From assembly GCA_000708835.1 (NCBI GenBank), contig DF236980.1:62001-126000 (forward strand): a stretch of 64,000 nt of DNA, read 5' to 3'. The translations under genes and the position numbers were made by a program. The notes beneath the pieces were generated by a model, which was given only the letters and a program-made list of their open reading frames with translations, was not told the origin of the DNA and searched no databases. Positions 59,990-64,000 of this stretch are shown one piece after another. The stretch is from Klebsormidium nitens. Taxonomy: Eukaryota; Plantae; Klebsormidiophyceae. Position 1 is the stretch's first letter. Every line of letters begins with the position of its first letter.

Positions 59990-62900
59990 CTAATGAGAGG
60001 CCACGTGGTTCCTCTTGTGGCGTTTGACCGCTTGCACGAAGCTGGGGATGATGTCATCTTCCGAGAGTATCTCCTTCTGCAAAAGCGACGGATCGAGAAC
60101 TAATTTTAGACAACCGCAGACGTAGATGATTTTGAGTCGACTAGCTCAAATGGGACAGGTTCGAGCATAAACTCCGACACGGAAGAAACTTCCCTCACTT
60201 GCACAAATCTGCTGCAAATGCCCGCAGCGTCGCTTTCAGACCTCGTTTTCAAACAGCAACAGCCTCCTTGCCTCCAACAAAAACAGACTGAGATCAAAGG
60301 TCTAGCAGACTGACACTGCGATCGAGAGCCAGTCGAAACGTGGGATGCGAGAAGCAGAGAAGTGTCACGTCTCGGCCCTTACCATGGAGTTGAAGTGTTT
60401 CCGTACGGCTACGTACAGGTCCTGCTTGCTGGAATTGTGGGTCACGTCCTCCTGCAAAGAGGGGAAACGAGCAGCTTTCAAAACAACGGACGGCTGAAGC
60501 CAGGATGCGAGAGTCCTCGATCAGAAAGCTTCTTGGCACTCTCGAGCCTTTTGGAAGCGTTGTCCGACACGCAGGAGCCTGTGATTAGTGGACCCTTCAC
60601 ACGAGTAAGGAATCGTAAGCACTCAATCAGTCGCAGAACAAGAGATGAAAAGGGGATTCAAGTTTGTTCGAACCTCCCTTCGACTGAGCCTTTTGAGACG
60701 ACTCGCACGCAATTTTGGAATTTCTACAGCAGTTCTGAAGGGCGCAAAGCAATAGCCCGCAAAATGGTGGCACCTTGTGTCAGGACTCTCCAAACAATCA
60801 GGAAAGTTTAGCACCAAATCAGAGCGTGGGGAACGCACCAGCCCGTATTTTCGCCGGTAGCGTCGCAGGCACGCCGTGTCGAGCTTCGTCAGGTCCACCT
60901 CCTGCTCGAGACGGCAAAAATGGAGACGTCAGCAATCTCGTCATGATCTCCAGCAACTTCGTCATTATCTCCAGGCTGCGCAAACGAGTATTTTCTTCGA
61001 TTCGGGGTATTCAGTCGAGCAGGCCGCCCTGGGAGGCTTTGGCCGAAAAGCAGGCTGCTTGCACTGCACGAAGATCCGTTGCTGTCGTAGCGGCCGGTTG
61101 TAGGGCAAACCAAAAACAAGCGCTGCGTACATCACCAACGCTTCGCGCAGTCACTCATCCGCAAAGGCGCGAAGAGCATGAAGTGAGAATCACAACCGGA
61201 TTCCGCCCCTGCGTAACATCCTGGACCGGAGCTTTGAAACCGGAAGCAGACTGATCGTGCTTCGTGTGGCCCCGGATCAATAGGAACCGTCCAAAAGTCG
61301 AGATACACAGAACAACCGCGGATACCCGCGACATTACCAACCTAATGTTGGTCGAACGCAACTACAGACTAAACTTGGACGACTGAGGAAACCAATTCAG
61401 AAAGCGAGGGATCCCCCTCACCGGCCGCCAGTTCTCGTCGTCCATGGCCGCGAACTTGAGAGTCTGCATGGCCTCGTAGCGGCTGAAGCCGAGGCTGAAT
61501 CGGTTGGGCGTCGGCGTGAGGGCGGTGCGGAACGACTGCCCCGACTTGCGCGACTTGGGCCGGACGCTCGGCGGGCTGGGCAGGCCTGGGAAGATAAGAT
61601 GAATAGTGACGTCAGCAGATTATTTAGGGATGAGGTCACCGGCGGAAGTCGGCGGCCTGGGTAAGCCTAAGGAGACTTAAAGATGGTGACGTCAGCTGAC
61701 GGGTGAGGTGTGACGTCAGTGGGAGGATGCGAGCTACGGGCCCAAGCTGAGCGGCTTGCGCAGGACGCTGCGCGGGCAGCAGGCCTACGTAAGTGGCCGG
61801 GACGACGACAGCGGAAAGTGCGGAGGGTGACGTGCATCAAGCTTGAAACGATTCCTCACACAGACGTTTCAGGGGTGCCTTGATCATATTGACGAATCGC
61901 TATTGAATTCGCTGATTCATTTCGGAATAGACCTTTGCAACCAGACTCAGGTCAGCGCATGACAATTAGGCCATAAGATAGACCTCGTCGTCACTCTAAG
62001 CATGAAAGCTGTTAATCTTCGTCCTCATGTTGGTAAATAGATTTATCCCAAAACCTATCGTCTCGTAGTTCCGTAAGAGTCGCCCTGCAACCGTACAGAC
62101 TTTATGAAACCTATCGTCTCGTGATCCCGCGGTAAACAATTCCTGCTTTTCGCGCAACGTTCTTCAGACTCTCTGTCCTAAAAGCTCTCCAATCACAGAA
62201 TCGAAAAGAGCGATCAGTTGATGTGCGCTTCGGCCTCCAACGTGGGCTATTTGGATAAGAAGTTGCTTCGAACGAGAAACAAACCGTGTCCGTAATACTA
62301 GTTGCATACAGGGGATGTTCACGCGTTCGCGCACCTGACAGCCCATCTGATCGACTCGTGGGGAGGGCCCCCTCAAACTCGGTGTCGTTGTCATCGCCAA
62401 AATCCCAGACGCCAGCTGGCGCCTCCAGGATGTGCAGGGCGTTTCGTTGAAGCTTCACTAGGTCCCCATTTTCCAGTTGCTGCAAGATACAGATGTCACA
62501 GATGTTTAAAAGAAATAAGCGCATTCTTTTGCAAAGAGTGGAATCAGAAGGATTCCGGTTCAGTTGGGGCTGACGATCAATTCTATTTCAATCGAAGATA
62601 CAAAGAGCAAGTCAAAACTGCAAAGCTTCAATATGATACCCATAGGAAAGAGCAGCGTGCAGAGTAAGGGGTCCCAAATTTTGCTGGGTTCTCGAGTTCT
62701 GCCGCCTGCCGGTATTTCTCACTGAACTACAGGATAGAGAGACTGTGGCGAAACATAACAACGTGTGACCGCGACGAAGACAACAAAGAAATGATAGAAC
62801 GCAAGGAGACACTCTCGCCCTGCCAGCTGTCAAGGTGCCTTCATTGACAGCTGGCAAAATCCATTGGGCCTTTTCTTAAAACCCACTAATTGCTACATTC

Positions 62901-64000
62901 TGAAAGGCAAGTTCAATGTAATTTCAAGGGCCTAGCATCCAAAAGCTGAATAAAAGGCAACCCTCTCTTTCTAGGGGGACCTTTCGAGGTGGCGATTGCT
63001 CAAAAGGACTTGCCACAGCAAAGTCATTGTTTACAAAACCAGCGCCTTTTAAAATACGTTCAGGGACCTTAATACTCGCAGTGTTTGTTCGTGATGGCAA
63101 TTAAGGTCTACGGCCATCCAACATTTCTCAGAGAGAAGTCGGTGGTATTAAGCATCGCTTGCAACACTCATGCAGAACCTATGGATTGGTAGTACTCTGA
63201 GAAGTTGGTGGTATTAAGCATCGCTTGCAACACTCATGCGGAACCTATGGATTGGTTGTAAAGCAGAGACTGCATCTTGGTCCAACCAGAGTAGCAATTT
63301 GAAAGGGAGATCTGGCAAGTGAGAGATTACACTCCAAGTACACCTGTCAATTGAACATGAGGACAGCTGTCGTGCAGCAGAACTAAGTGCTTTTACATTC
63401 ACATGACTCCTGGTTGAACCACTGATGCCAAGACATACACATTCCAACTGGCGTACCAGCTAGATTGTCACGACCTTCTATGGACAAGACCACTTTGAAA
63501 AACTTCATGTAACAGAACTTCCCATGCACTAGTCTGATGTTGGGCTTAAAAATGAGCAACTCAATCTGATAAACACCAAACCAAGCAACTTGCTTCAGGG
63601 CATCTGGCTGCACTATTTGCCAGACCAACAAACCCTGAGGATTTGAGCAAAGTCTAGAGGCCCTTATCAAATCGAGAGGAGCAGAGCCGGCGCAAACCAA
63701 ACCACTAACCCAAGCGCAAACCAAGATCACCAGCCAAAGCTTGCCTCCAGCCCACCAACTTCCGAGCAACCATGAACCCAAACCTAATTGACTCAAAGTC
63801 CAGGACCAAACCTAAGTACTTGTTCAAGCACAAACCCAAGTACTAATCCATCCGCCAAATCAAGTGGTCTCACCAGCCAATGCCACCCTCCCAGGCCCAC
63901 CGACTTCTTCACAACTCCGCGCAGCCCGACCAACACGCGCTTCGTCCTACTGTTGCCAATGATAAGCACTTTGGTGTCCTTGGGGAGAGACGGCAGGTCA
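59990..64000 (-). CDS. SAP30-function-related (AFR-like) Sin3/HDAC subunit; 5' end beyond window
   Basis: SLPKDTKVLIIGNSRTKRVLVGLRGVVKKSVGLGGWHWL-QLENGDLVKLQRNALHILE (AFR N-domain), then EVDLTKLDTACLRRYRRKYGL...SSKQDLYVAVRKHF...SFVQAVKRHK (SAP30 Sin3-binding domain). Phases are consistent. Confidence 0.9.
63133..63256 (+). repeat. 58-bp direct repeat, period 66 bp, 2 mismatches, within the AFR-like intron
   Basis: GAGAAGTYGGTGGTATTAAGCATCGCTTGCAACACTCATGCRGAACCTATGGATTGGT at 63133 and 63199. Confidence 0.9.

Overview
Intron-rich eukaryotic nuclear DNA of a streptophyte. About 50% GC, GT(A/G)AG donors, YAG acceptors and plant-specific families (XRI1, AFR, PCO, LRB, ATP synthase 6 kDa) suggest a charophyte alga such as Klebsormidium, which is inference only. 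I assembled 12 genes by hand from splice sites and reading-frame phase: LRB/POB1-like BTB-BACK (+), FAM185A-like DUF4097 (-), SRPRB (+), Ycf33 (-), adenosine kinase (+), XRI1-like (-), PI31 (+), plant cysteine oxidase/ADO (-), DRP3 (-), NKAP (-), a 62-aa mitochondrial ATP synthase 6 kDa subunit absent from the ORF track (+), and an AFR/SAP30-like gene (-, 5' end off-window). There are also two weak orphan gene candidates, a MITE-like inverted repeat and two N gaps. No tRNA, rRNA, CRISPR array or intact transposase was recognised. The most striking unexplained signal is a recurrent 'splice-junction echo'. At nine exon boundaries in six genes, a roughly 105-200 bp segment spanning a splice site has been tandemly copied 1-4 times into the adjacent intron. 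This leaves arrays of decoy acceptors or donors, including one FAM185A-like exon with both ends triplicated and a five-unit acceptor array in PCO.
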